Position numbers and translations under genes: made by a program. Of a DNA stretch of 64,000 bases, positions 1 to 9,481 are shown piece after piece. Every line of letters starts with the position of its first letter. The stretch's first letter is position 1. Source of the DNA: an uncultured Actinomycetes bacterium (GTDB lineage Bacteria > Actinomycetota > Acidimicrobiia > IMCC26256 > PALSA-610); NCBI GenBank assembly GCA_963729375.1, contig CAVSNP010000008.1:60540-124539 (forward strand), read 5' to 3'. The notes under the pieces are model-generated. The model searched no databases. It worked only from the letters and a program-made list of their open reading frames with translations, and was not told where the DNA came from.

Positions 1-150
1 ACGTGTCGCTCAAAGTCCAGCACGGCTCGTCGCACACGCAGAGCCTAGAGACGTATCATCTCCGGCTCCTAGCCGCGGCGTAAACGCGAACATTGCGCGC
101 CCGTGAAAGAAGCGAGCGCTCGGTCGAGGCTCGGCTCTACGATCTTTGAG

Positions 151-1076
151 ATGGATCGCACCGCGCCCTTGATGGTCCGGTCCTTGCCTGGGCCGTTCAA
201 CGCGGTCGAGATCGAGGGTGTGCGACCATCAGACGCCGGTGAGGAATCGAAGTGCCGTGTCCTTCGAGACACACTCGCATGTCATGCCGTGGTCTGCCTT
301 CGGTTCTCCGCGCCACTCGATGACGACGAGGGACGTTCGGTCGCGTCGATGATCGGCCCGATCAAAGATCCGGTCGGCCAGACTCGCGACGGGACCATGC
401 TGCGTTACAGCGAGGACCGTCAGATCATCGACGCTGGGTTCGTGCTGACCGACGAGTTGCGTGCCGGGCTGGGCGACCTCTCGTTCGGTGGTCTCGATCC
501 GCTCCGTCCCGGTTTATTCGAGACGTTCCACTCGGACGACACCTACACCGAACGGCCGGCCGCGGCGACCGTGCTGCACGCGCGGGAGCTTCCGTCAGGT
601 CCGGGCGGCGCCACGAATTCATCGACATGCGCGCCGCGTTCCAGCTCCTCGACCCCGCACTGCAACGGCAGTTGATCGGCCTACATGTCGTGAACAGCTA
701 CAACAACCATGGCGCGTTTCCCCCACGCGTGTCAGCCGAGGGACCGTTCGAACAGCTCATCGACGTCTCACACCCGATCGTGCGGTCCCATCCAATCACG
801 GGTATACCCGCGCTGTACATCGACCTCGACCGCGCCACCCACATCGAAGACATGCCCGAGGCCGAAGGCCGCGCCCTGCTGCGCTCGTTACAAGACCACG
901 CCGAGACACGAGCCCCGCGATACGCCCACACGTGGCACCCCCACGACGTGCTCATCTGGGACAACGCGTCGGTTCAGCACAAAGCCAGCGGCGATTTCCC
1001 CGTCGGTGAACCCCGTCGTTTCTGGCGATTCATGATCGAAGGGTCCCAACCCGCCGCCTACCAACATCCCGACTGA
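151..1076 (+). pseudogene. TauD/TfdA-family Fe(II)/2-oxoglutarate dioxygenase, split by a 1-nt frameshift near 613-616
   Basis: ORF 103-675 carries the N-terminal half ('FHSDDTYTERPAAATVLHARELPSGPGGAT'). ORF 627-1076, in another frame, continues with 'EFIDMRAAFQLLDP...HTWHPHDVLIWDNASVQHKA'. The halves join if one base is added at acg|gaa (613-616). Likely start is ATG 151 (MDRTAPL). Confidence 0.75.
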
Positions 1077-1177
1077 CCGCGGAACGCCAACGCGACGAGC
1101 GCGGTCTCGCCGAATCGAACGGGTACGCCGAACGCGCCGAAGTATCACCTCGATGCGGGGTTGGGCAGACTGAGACG

Positions 1178-1846
1178 GTGAACCCAGCCGAAGGCCCGGA
1201 TCCCGCCGCGCTGGAGGTCAAGCCGCGTTGGCGGGGAGTGTCGCACGAGGCGGCCGCGTTCGTCTTCCCAGTACTCGGCGTCGTCCTCGTCGCCGTCGCT
1301 CACACGACGGCCGCGCGCTGGACGGCCGTTGTGTACACCGTCGGTGTCACGGCGATGTATGCCGCGAGCGCGTGTTACCACCGGGGTCGTTGGAATCCGT
1401 CGGTCCGACGACGCCTCCGCCGGCTCGACCATTCGATGATCTTGGTTGGCATCGCCGCGACCTACACCCCGATCGCCGTTGTGGGACTCGACGCGCGCAG
1501 CGCGCGAATCCTGCTCGGAGTCGTGTGGCCCCTCGCGTTGGCCGGGATCGTCGTGCAGATGCTGTGGCTCAACGCGCCACGCTGGCTCGTCGCGAGCCTC
1601 TACGTCGTCATCGGTTGGACGGCACTCGCGTTCGTTCCGGTGCTGTGGCACGAGCTTGGCGTCGTCACGTTCTCGTTCATCGCCTTCGGAGGTGTCGTGT
1701 ATTCGATCGGCGCGCGGATCTACTCATCGCGTCACCCCGACCCGATGCCCGCGGTGTTCGGATTCCACGAGGTGTTCCACGCGCTCGTGATCGCCGCGGG
1801 GTTGATCTTCTACGTCGCGATCGCACGCGTCATCGTCTCGGGCTGA
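1178..1846 (+). CDS. hemolysin III / PAQR family membrane protein
   Basis: 222-aa multi-pass hydrophobic ORF with the family motifs 'RLDHSMI' and 'GFHEVFHALV'. GTG start. Confidence 0.85.
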   Translation: MNPAEGPDPAALEVKPRWRGVSHEAAAFVFPVLGVVLVAVAHTTAARWTAVVYTVGVTAMYAASACYHRGRWNPSVRRRLRRLDHSMILVGIAATYTPIAVVGLDARSARILLGVVWPLALAGIVVQMLWLNAPRWLVASLYVVIGWTALAFVPVLWHELGVVTFSFIAFGGVVYSIGARIYSSRHPDPMPAVFGFHEVFHALVIAAGLIFYVAIARVIVSG

Positions 1847-1859
1847 ACGCGCGCGCAGA

Positions 1860-4097
1860 TCACTGGCCGGCAGTGATGGCGGCGTTGACGTCGGGGACCG
1901 GGATTGGCGTGTCGACCGGTTGAGGATGCCGACTGGGTGTGGCAATCGGTTCCGGTGCGCCGGGGACAGCTGCCGGGATGAGCGCACTGCACGCCCGGAG
2001 GGCTTGCTTCGCGGCTGGCGATGTGAGGTTCCGCGACCCTGTGATTGGGTTCCAACCGTGAGTGCGGAAGCAGGCGAGGAGGCGTTGCAGCGCGGCGGGA
2101 GGTCCGAGCCGGATGTCGCCGTAGGCTCCGGCGCCGATGTTCGGTGTGGCGCGTACCTTGATGGTGCGGATGGCGTGTTGTCGTCCGGCGCAGTCGTAAA
2201 GCGTTCCCGGTGGCGTGCCGTGCCAGACGATGGGGTTGACGTGGGTGCACGCGTGGGCGACGAGCGCGTCAATTTGGTTCGGGTCGCCGAGGGTGAACCC
2301 GCCGGTGTCGACAAAACGGAGCTCGTTGTCGGCGACGAGTGTCGCGAGCCGGTCCCGCGTCATGGCCGGGTCGGTGCCGTAGAAGCCGCCCATGGGCATG
2401 ACCGAGTCGCCGGCGATGATCGGCTCTTCGGCTTCGGAGCTGCTGGGTACGGCAACGAGCCACCGCTCGTGATGATGCTGGCGGCGAAGCCAGGCCAGCT
2501 CGGCAGGCGCGAGGCCGGCACCGCCGATCCCGGCACCGCCGAACCCGAATGGCACGTTCCCGGCGCCACCTCGCGGGGTCCCTTTGAGCGCGGGCCCGGA
2601 TGCGGCGTAGGCGGCGTCTTCGGGGTGGCGCACTCCTGAGAGCGCCCACGCCCCAGGCGCGACGAGTGCGACGGCGAGCCCGGCGGCAAGCACCAGACTG
2701 AGACGGCGGCGCAGGAAACGCACACGTAGCGCGCCAGCGAGGACGAACGCGGCGGCGACGGCGAGTCCGACCGGCACAACGGCGCGGAGTGCGGGATAGG
2801 CGTTGACCCGGCGCAGCAGTATCACCTCGAGGATCGCGGTGCCGGCCAATGCGACAAGCACCCAGGCCGTGCCCGAACGCCCGGCCCGGCGGGCGAGCTC
2901 CACACTGATACCGACGAGGGCAGCGACTGCCGGCGCGAAGGCGCACACGTAGTAGTCGTGGAAGACGCCTTGGGTATAGGCGAACACCAGGTAGCTCACG
3001 ATGCCGAACCCGCCCCAGAGCACGAGTGAACCAACCTGAGCTCTGGAAAGCCGTCGACGGACGGCGAGCACCACGCCGGCGAGGAGCGCGAGCGCCGCGG
3101 GGACGACAAGCCACGTCACTTGGTCGCCCATACCCGCGTTGAACAGCCGCGCGATCCCGGGCGTGCCACCGAGCCCAGGCTGGCTGGCGAGCACGGCGGT
3201 GAGGTTCCCCCCGACGAAGCCTCGCGTCGACGTTGGCAGGCCGAAACTTTGGTCGCCGGTCAGGCGTCCGAAGCCGTCGGCGCCGAAGACGACGTTCTGG
3301 GCGGTGTTGTTCGTGCTGTTGGCGACGTACGGGCGGCTCGACGCGGGCGTGAGGTCCACGAGGGCGATCCAGCTTCCGGCGATGAGCAGGAACGCTGCGC
3401 CCGCGAGCACCACGTCGCGGAGCCGGCGCCGCCATCCAAGCCGGCCGGCAACGAGGTAGGCACCGAACGCGCCCGGCATCACGAGCCCGGCGACGAGGAG
3501 TTTGGCGAGGAAGCCCAACCCGCAACAGCATCCCGCCACGACCAACCAGCCGGGACGCTGGTCGTTGATGGCGCGCTGCGTGGCGTAGGCGGCTGCGACC
3601 AGACAGAGCACGAGCATCGCGTCGGGGTTGTTCGCCCGGCTCACCGCCACCATCACCGGTGTCAACACGAGCGCTACTCCGGCGACGCGACCCGCGAACG
3701 GACCCCAGGCTCGGCGCACCGTCGTCATGAGGAGCCCGACCGACGCCACTCCGGCAAGCACCGAGGGCATCAGCAGCGACCAGCTCGTATATCCGAAGAC
3801 TCGCGCGCTCAGCGCGCCGAACCACAGCGCCAGCGGTGGTTTATCGGTCGTGATCCAGCCGCCCGGATCAGATGCGCCGAACAGGAAGTTCCTCCACGAC
3901 TGCGTCATCGAACGTTCTGCCGCCGCGTAGTACGGGTTGCTGTAACCGTTCCTGGACAGGCCCCACGCGAACAAAACCAGCGCGCCGATCACGATCAACA
4001 ACTCCGGCCACCCAGCCACGATCCGCTCCCGCCACGACTGACGCGCCGTGTCGGCCGGCACCGACGGGGTATCCGAAAGCTCGGTGAGAGCTACCAT
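1860..4097 (-). CDS. glycosyltransferase family 39 (PMT_2/ArnT-like) membrane protein with long soluble C-terminal extension
   Basis: ORF 1860-4325; probable ATG at 4097 (MVALTEL). 'YSNPYYAAAERSMTQSWRNFLFGASDPGGWITTDKPPLALW' followed by many TM segments is typical of GT39. The Arg-rich 76 codons upstream look non-coding. Confidence 0.85.
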   Translation of the reverse strand: MVALTELSDTPSVPADTARQSWRERIVAGWPELLIVIGALVLFAWGLSRNGYSNPYYAAAERSMTQSWRNFLFGASDPGGWITTDKPPLALWFGALSARVFGYTSWSLLMPSVLAGVASVGLLMTTVRRAWGPFAGRVAGVALVLTPVMVAVSRANNPDAMLVLCLVAAAYATQRAINDQRPGWLVVAGCCCGLGFLAKLLVAGLVMPGAFGAYLVAGRLGWRRRLRDVVLAGAAFLLIAGSWIALVDLTPASSRPYVANSTNNTAQNVVFGADGFGRLTGDQSFGLPTSTRGFVGGNLTAVLASQPGLGGTPGIARLFNAGMGDQVTWLVVPAALALLAGVVLAVRRRLSRAQVGSLVLWGGFGIVSYLVFAYTQGVFHDYYVCAFAPAVAALVGISVELARRAGRSGTAWVLVALAGTAILEVILLRRVNAYPALRAVVPVGLAVAAAFVLAGALRVRFLRRRLSLVLAAGLAVALVAPGAWALSGVRHPEDAAYAASGPALKGTPRGGAGNVPFGFGGAGIGGAGLAPAELAWLRRQHHHERWLVAVPSSSEAEEPIIAGDSVMPMGGFYGTDPAMTRDRLATLVADNELRFVDTGGFTLGDPNQIDALVAHACTHVNPIVWHGTPPGTLYDCAGRQHAIRTIKVRATPNIGAGAYGDIRLGPPAALQRLLACFRTHGWNPITGSRNLTSPAAKQALRACSALIPAAVPGAPEPIATPSRHPQPVDTPIPVPDVNAAITAGQ

Positions 4098-4158
4098 CCG
4101 CGAAATGTCATAACAAGGTTCGCAATCGTCGGAGCGAGTTCGACCTCGGGAATCATGT

Positions 4159-4545
4159 CCTATCGGTCGTCGATGGACCAGCGGTTCGGGGCGGTGCCGA
4201 TACCTCGTTCGAGGACCTCGAGACTTTCCGAGATCGTCGTCTCGAGGTTGCCGCCGCGCACATCCAGTGGGTGAGCGCCGCTTGAATGACCGCTTGCGCC
4301 GCGGCGGCGAGCATCGTGGGGACACGCGCGTCGCTCCGCAAGTCGAGTCGTGTCGCCACGAACTCAGCGATGACTCGCTGCGTGTTCAGTGGATGCCGCC
4401 GAGCACCGCCTTCACGACACTCGATGTGGTCGCGATCACCGCGATCCACTGTCGGAGTAGGTCCGTGTCCTCGGATGCGATCTGTTCGCTGTACAAGACG
4501 CGCAGCGAATTCAGGAGAAGCTCGTCGAGCAGACGGTCCACAAGC
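4159..4545 (-). pseudogene. TetR-family C-terminal (ligand-domain-like) remnant with no HTH, read across three frames
   Basis: 'LVDRLLDELLLNSLRVLYSEQIAS...VVKAVLGGIH' joins 'PLNTQRVIAEFVATRLDLRSDARVPTMLAAAAQAVIQAALTHW', then 'DVRGGNLETTISESLEVLERGIG...*'. The three segments join only with 1-nt shifts near 4390 and 4255. No N-terminal HTH is present. Confidence 0.4.
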
Positions 4546-4804
4546 GCCGCGCGCAGACCATCGCTCCGTCTGGCGATCTGGAGGTGACTGATGAACCCGA
4601 CACCGAACGGACGCTCAGTCGACTCACGCGCGGTCCGGATTTGCGAGAACCAACCGTTCCGCACCGCCGATGGTCGTACCGCCGATCAATTCCAGACCGT
4701 CGGCCTCCGAGACCGCCACCGCGAGCGGTGCCGTCACCACCTCCCATCGGCGCGTTAAGCACTGGGTACTTGATCGAACAGCTCGCACAACCGCTGTGCG
4801 ACAC
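4546..4804 (-). pseudogene. nitronate monooxygenase (NMO) N-terminal fragment with two frameshifts
   Basis: Hand translation gives 'IKYPVLNAPMG' (frame A), 'VVTAPLAVAVSEADGLELIGGTTIGGAE' (frame B) and 'GWFSQIRTARESTERPFGVGFISHLQ' (frame C). Together these form the canonical NMO N-terminus. The rest of the TIM barrel is absent. Confidence 0.55.
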
Positions 4805-4826
4805 GGCGCCTACGACCCGACGACCG

Positions 4827-5336
4827 TCACGTTGTCCAGCCGAGTTTCCAGGCGTCGTCGGGGAGTTCTACCTCACCGGCTGCCTCCGCGAACACGCCGA
4901 ACACAGCCCGCAACCGTTGGCGCTCATCCCGCGGGAGCCGCTCGACAATTCGAGTCACCTCCTTGCGCCGACGGGCACTCACCGCTCGCACGACTGCGCG
5001 TCCGGTCGGCGTCACCGACAGAACGATTTCCCGCCGACTCTCGGTCGATGTTGCACGCTCGACGAGATCCTTCGCAACAAGACGATCACACAATCGAGTT
5101 GCCGTCGAAGGATGTACCCCGAGCGCTTCTGCCAAGACCGAGACATTCTGGTCGCCTCGAGTCGTGAGCAACACCAGGGCTCTGTACTGCACCAGCGTGA
5201 CGTCGTCCTCGACGACGGCGATCGATCGCACCGCGATGCCCATCAATGCTCGCGACGCCGTCAGCACTGCGCTCGCCACTTCGTCGACTTCGTTCCGAGC
5301 ACGGGTCGCAGCCGGAGAGGTTTTCGAAATCGCCAT
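4827..5336 (-). CDS. MarR family transcriptional regulator
   Basis: 169 aa with a winged-HTH core: 'LVQYRALVLLTTRGDQNVSVLAEALGVHPSTATRLCDRLVAKDLVER'. Confidence 0.85.
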   Translation of the reverse strand: MAISKTSPAATRARNEVDEVASAVLTASRALMGIAVRSIAVVEDDVTLVQYRALVLLTTRGDQNVSVLAEALGVHPSTATRLCDRLVAKDLVERATSTESRREIVLSVTPTGRAVVRAVSARRRKEVTRIVERLPRDERQRLRAVFGVFAEAAGEVELPDDAWKLGWTT

Positions 5337-5484
5337 AGTTGCACTTTAGCAACCGTTGCCGTTTCACCCGATCCGGCAGCGACCCTGCACGAAATCCCCG
5401 ACTGTGGACCGTGCGGTGCCGATCCAGACCTGCGTCTGTCGTGCACGGGCCCGTCGAGGCCGCGACCTACGACGACGCCGATCA

Positions 5485-5943
5485 TCACTCTTGAGCGACC
5501 CCGTCGCCGTCGAGCGCGTCTAGATAGAACGCCGGGTTCATGGCAAGTGGCATTCGGCGCAGCTCGGCGAGATGCGAAGCTGCAAGCTGCCGCAGCCGGC
5601 GGGCGCCCAGCGGCGTCAATCGCAGATGGACGAATCGCTGATCTTCCGGATCGGGTCGTCGCTCGACCAGATTGGCGGCGACCGCCCGATCGACGAGCCC
5701 GACGGCGCTGTGATGGCGCAGCAGGAGCGAATCGGCGACGTCGCCGATCGTCGGACCGAGCGGATTTTCGTGACCTCGGATTGCAAGAAGCAACTGATGC
5801 TGCGCCGGTGCAATTCCCAGCTCGGTCGCTCGCTCTTCGCTCCAGCGCAGGAACCTCCGTAGCGCGTTTCTGAACGCAAGCAATTCGCGGTACTCATCGT
5901 CGCTGAGGTCGTTGACGTTCACATTGTCAGCCGACGCACGCAC
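5485..5943 (-). CDS. MarR family transcriptional regulator
   Basis: 152 aa: 'APAQHQLLLAIRGHENPLGPTIGDVADSLLLRHHSAVGLVDRAVAANLVERRPDPEDQRFVHLRLT'. Divergent from the ClC gene with only ~19 bp between the annotated starts, so the true start may be internal. Confidence 0.8.
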   Translation of the reverse strand: MRASADNVNVNDLSDDEYRELLAFRNALRRFLRWSEERATELGIAPAQHQLLLAIRGHENPLGPTIGDVADSLLLRHHSAVGLVDRAVAANLVERRPDPEDQRFVHLRLTPLGARRLRQLAASHLAELRRMPLAMNPAFYLDALDGDGVAQE

Positions 5944-5962
5944 AGGTATATCGTAACACGTT

Positions 5963-7246
5963 ATGTTTCGGCGACGAGCGTCAGATCGGGTCGAGGGCCT
6001 GACGCTGGGCCTTTCACCGGCGTTGCTCGGCGCGACGCTGGTCGTCGGGATCGGCAGCGGCGCGGTTGGCGCGGGTTACCTGCTCACAATCCATCTGTTG
6101 CAGCACGTACTCGCGCCGCAACACTTCAGCGCGGCAGCCGAATTCGCGGTGCTCGGCGGTGTCGGCGTCGCGGTGACCTTCATCGCTCGCGTGATCGGTA
6201 GCCCGGGTGACGTCGAGTTGCTGGTTGACAACATTCACGTCTCCGGCGGCGCGCCGAGTGTCCGTTCACTACGTTCACTTATACCAATGTCGGTGCTGAC
6301 CATCTCGGCCGGGGCCGGTGCCGGACCCGAGGCGCCGCTTGTGACGACGTGCGGCACGCTCGCGAGTTGGCTCGCCCGTATTCGCCGCTTGAACACGACG
6401 GAGACTCGATGCTTGACGATCGCCGGGATGGCCGCCGCGTTCGCAGTGCTGTTCGGCGCGCCAATCGGATCCGCGTTCTTCGCCTTGGAGATCCTGCACC
6501 GTCGCGGTATGCAATACCACGAAGCACTCGTCCCCGCGCTGGTCGGCGCGCTTTCGGGCTACGCCTGCTCAGTCGTGCTCACCGGAGCCGGCGTGAAGCC
6601 CGTGTGGACCATCCCGGCAGTCGGGTCTCTGCGATCGGTCGACTTCCTATGGGCTATCGGCGCCGGCGTCGGAGGCGCGCTCGTCGCCGTAGTGTTCACA
6701 TATCTCGTGCTCGGACTGCGGCGAGCATTCACGCTGGCACCGAGCGCCGCGAGGCCGGTCGCCGGAGGCCTGGCGCTCGCGGCGCTGGCACTGTGGTCGC
6801 CGTACGCGCTGACCTTCGGCGAGCAGCAGACCGGCCATGTCCTCCAACACCCGCTGTTAGTCAGCGTGCTCCTGGTCGCGCTCATCGCGAAGCTGCTCGG
6901 CGCGTCGGTCACGGTCGCGTCCGGTTGGCCCGGCGGATTCATCATCCCGCTCTTCTTCATGGGCGCGACGCTCGGTGAACTGACTCATCATGGCTTCGGA
7001 GATGCCCGAACGGGGATCGTCGTCGCCGCGTTCATGGCTGCAGCCAACGTCGGCGTCACCAAGACCCTGCTCGGTTCGACCCTCGTCGTGACAGAGATGG
7101 GCGGCATGCGGCTGCTCCCCACCACACTGCTCGCCGCACTCGTCGCGATGATGCTCACGAGTTTCGTCGGACTGATCGAATCACAACGCGAGCGGACACC
7201 CATGGACCCCAACGCCATCGACGACGACTCGGACGAACCTTCCTAA
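5963..7246 (+). CDS. ClC-family voltage-gated chloride channel / H+-Cl- antiporter
   Basis: 427-aa polytopic ORF with selectivity-filter-like 'GAGAGPEAPLVTTCG' and 'GGFIIPLFFMGATLG'. Confidence 0.85.
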   Translation: MFRRRASDRVEGLTLGLSPALLGATLVVGIGSGAVGAGYLLTIHLLQHVLAPQHFSAAAEFAVLGGVGVAVTFIARVIGSPGDVELLVDNIHVSGGAPSVRSLRSLIPMSVLTISAGAGAGPEAPLVTTCGTLASWLARIRRLNTTETRCLTIAGMAAAFAVLFGAPIGSAFFALEILHRRGMQYHEALVPALVGALSGYACSVVLTGAGVKPVWTIPAVGSLRSVDFLWAIGAGVGGALVAVVFTYLVLGLRRAFTLAPSAARPVAGGLALAALALWSPYALTFGEQQTGHVLQHPLLVSVLLVALIAKLLGASVTVASGWPGGFIIPLFFMGATLGELTHHGFGDARTGIVVAAFMAAANVGVTKTLLGSTLVVTEMGGMRLLPTTLLAALVAMMLTSFVGLIESQRERTPMDPNAIDDDSDEPS

Positions 7247-7426
7247 GCGAGGGCACGAGACCGCGGGCCCGTCACATCCGCCGCACAAGTGCGACGTCGA
7301 GAACCTCCCGGCGAATACCTCACATCGGATCGCGAGACCTCACGAAGAAGCGCTATGACGCGACCTGGCGGGTGAACGGCGCGTGTGGGGCCTAGCTGAA
7401 GGGCCGGGAGCAATCGGAGGCAGGTC

Positions 7427-7843
7427 ATGAACACCATCGTCGTCGGATACGACAACTCGGCCGTGGCGCAGACTGCTCTCGAGTGGGCCACGGCCCACGC
7501 ACAGCGTATTGCTGGCGAGCTCCTCGTGATCTACGTCGCGTCGTCGATCGCCGAGTGGAGCTCTCCGCGGCGCAGATCAATCCCGATCCGATTCGGCACG
7601 AGTTCGAGCGTCGTCTTCGCGGCGAGTGGACCGCGTCGCGTCGTAAGGCGCAGGTTCCCTACCGCACGAAGTTCGTTGTCGGACGCGTCGCCGAGGAACT
7701 CATTCGCACCGCGCGCGAGGAACACGCAGCACTCATCGTCATCGGCATGACGGCCCGCGGTGGTCACCAGGCGTGCATGATCACTGCACAGCAAGCTGAT
7801 GCGTCGTGCGTTCCCAGGGCTCAGTTCGATCAGATCGACCTGA
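7427..7843 (+). pseudogene. universal stress protein (UspA family), frameshifted
   Basis: 'MNTIVVGYDNSAVAQTALEWATAHAQRIAGELLVIYVASSIAEW' (ORF 7427) continues in ORF 7483's frame as 'ELSAAQINPDPIRHEF...AALIVIGMTARGG', with the shift near 7558. The expected C-terminal 'S.KLMRRA' motif lies in a third frame (shift near 7790). The 3' end is uncertain. Confidence 0.65.
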
Positions 7844-8201
7844 GATCGGCCAGGTGGTCGCGAGCCAGGCCGTTGTGACCGCAGTAGACGGCCCACTGCG
7901 ACCCGAAAGGGGGCCGCTTTTCGATCAGGCGACGCACCTTCCGGTCGGTATTGGTCGGCGCGTCGTTGGCATTTGGGAAGTACTCACGCACCGTCTTACA
8001 GGATTCGAACACCAGAGCCGTTGTGTCACCGCATGACTCGGTCACCTCACCGCCGCAGGCGACTACGGCGGGACCAATCTGCGTTTGGATGACGCCGAAG
8101 TTGCGGAACATCGGCGGGGGCGGCTCAAACGCGAATCGCAACACTGCGGCTGGGCAACCGATCAGCACTACTACGAGGGCGAGCGTCCAGAGTCTTCGCA
8201 T
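7830..8201 (-). CDS. hypothetical membrane-anchored/secreted Cys-containing protein
   Basis: Within ORF 7830-8384, the likely start is ATG 8201 ('MRRLWTLALVVVLIGCPAAV', signal/anchor-like). No family recognised. Confidence 0.45.
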   Translation of the reverse strand: MRRLWTLALVVVLIGCPAAVLRFAFEPPPPMFRNFGVIQTQIGPAVVACGGEVTESCGDTTALVFESCKTVREYFPNANDAPTNTDRKVRRLIEKRPPFGSQWAVYCGHNGLARDHLADLRSI

Positions 8202-8394
8202 GGGGCGTGGTGCCCCGTGAAGTAGCTCATCCGGGATCGGCGTGTAGACCTCCACGACCTCGAACGCTAGAACTCCTCGGGAGACCTTTGCAGCACTGGG
8301 TGCTCTGGAGTCGCCGCGCTTTTCCGCGATCGTGTTCTGCGCACGAGGCAATGGGTTTCCGTCACGCAGCCGGAGGATCGACAATCGGGGGAAG

Positions 8395-8942
8395 ATGACG
8401 GGAGATGAGTTCGCTGCGGCCCTCGACGTTGCGATCGTTTCGATGAGCGCACTCCTTGACGGCGACTGGTCGGTGAGTGCGGGATCGTTGGATTGGAGCT
8501 GCCGACAGACACTCGATCACACGGTCGATTGCGTCTTTTCGTACGCGATGCAGGTGGCCGCGTTGGCGTCTGGGGACTTCTTGCCGTTCTCGGAGCTTCA
8601 CGCGCTTGCGGAGGCCGAGCCACCCGACCTGGTCGCAGGCTTGCCGCGGTCGGCACGATGTTCCTCACGGTTGTGCGCGCCATGCCTGCTGATGCTGTGG
8701 CTTCGGATGGAGTCGTCGCGATGCACGCCGAGGACTGGAGTGCTCGCGCTGCCTACGAGGTCGTGCTCCATACCTATGACGTGGTGACCGGCCTGGGCGG
8801 GGCATTCGCGCTATCCAGCAGCCTTTCAAAAGCGATCGTCGACTCCCCAACTTTGTGGATGTTCGATCGCGACGCCGACGTCAGCGACCCGTGGACCCTT
8901 CTGCTGCTCGGTTCGGGTCGCGCCGCACCTGCCCAACCGTGA
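8395..8942 (+). pseudogene. DinB-like / maleylpyruvate isomerase N-terminal domain (TIGR03083-type) protein, frameshifted
   Basis: 'MTGDEFAAALD...SLDWSCRQTLDHTVDCVFSYAMQVA...PPDLVAG' (ORF 8332 frame) continues as 'LAAVGTMFLTVVRAMPADAV...YEVVLHTYDVV' (ORF 8493 frame). The 1-nt shift is at ~8640. A GGGGGAAG Shine-Dalgarno-like motif precedes ATG 8395. Confidence 0.6.
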
Positions 8943-9131
8943 ACGGGCGCTGCAGTAGTCGGGAGCCGCCGCATACGTAGCGCCACGTCGGCGGATGTCG
9001 TTGGGACGCCGACCTCTCAGGACATGTTTGCGAGCAGTGGGGTTGCGATTGGCGCTGTCCCTCGTCGCTCAGACGCCCGCCTCAAGCATCCCGGGATGGG
9101 AGCAAGCCGACGCAAGCGCGAGACTTGAGAA

Positions 9132-9378
9132 GTGCCTGCGGCCTGTTCGTTCTGCGCCAAGCGTGAGGCACAGGTAAAGAAGCTCATCGCCGGGAGGCGT
9201 CTACATCTGCGAGGAATGGGTTGCGCTATGCGTCTCAATCGTCTCCGAGCAGGGCATCGACCTGCCAGGCTGTCGCGTTGTGATTGATCGCGAGTGGGAT
9301 GTCGGGGGCGGAGTGCGGGCATCGTTGACCTCACAGGCCTCTGGTGTCGCATTGGATGCATTGGTTCGCATTGCTTGA
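9132..9378 (+). pseudogene. stand-alone ClpX-type C4 zinc-ribbon-like small protein, degenerate (frameshift, 4th Cys replaced)
   Basis: Hand translation from GTG 9132 gives 'PAACSFCAKREAQVKKLIAG'. After a 1-nt shift (~9193) it continues 'GGVYICEEWVALCVSIVSEQGIDL...'. This matches the ClpX N-terminal ZBD pattern C-x2-C...KLIAG..VYIC-x2-C, except that Trp replaces the last Cys. Confidence 0.45.
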
Positions 9379-9481
9379 CGTGAGCGAACGGTGAGACGTG
9401 TGCTGGCCGTGGATGCGGTAGCGTGTCGCCCACTCGGCCGCGAGGACTGGCAGGCCGGGAACGCCAGGCGGGGAGTGTCGT

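Noticed and set aside
2269-4274. 518-aa (minus) and 384-aa (plus) ORFs overlapping the GT39 gene
   Set aside because: Their Arg/Pro-rich composition has no family features. The GT39 frame has clear TM and motif structure.
4584-5873. 429-aa plus-strand ORF
   Set aside because: It is antisense to two well-supported MarR genes and the NMO remnant, and its composition is low-complexity and Arg-rich.
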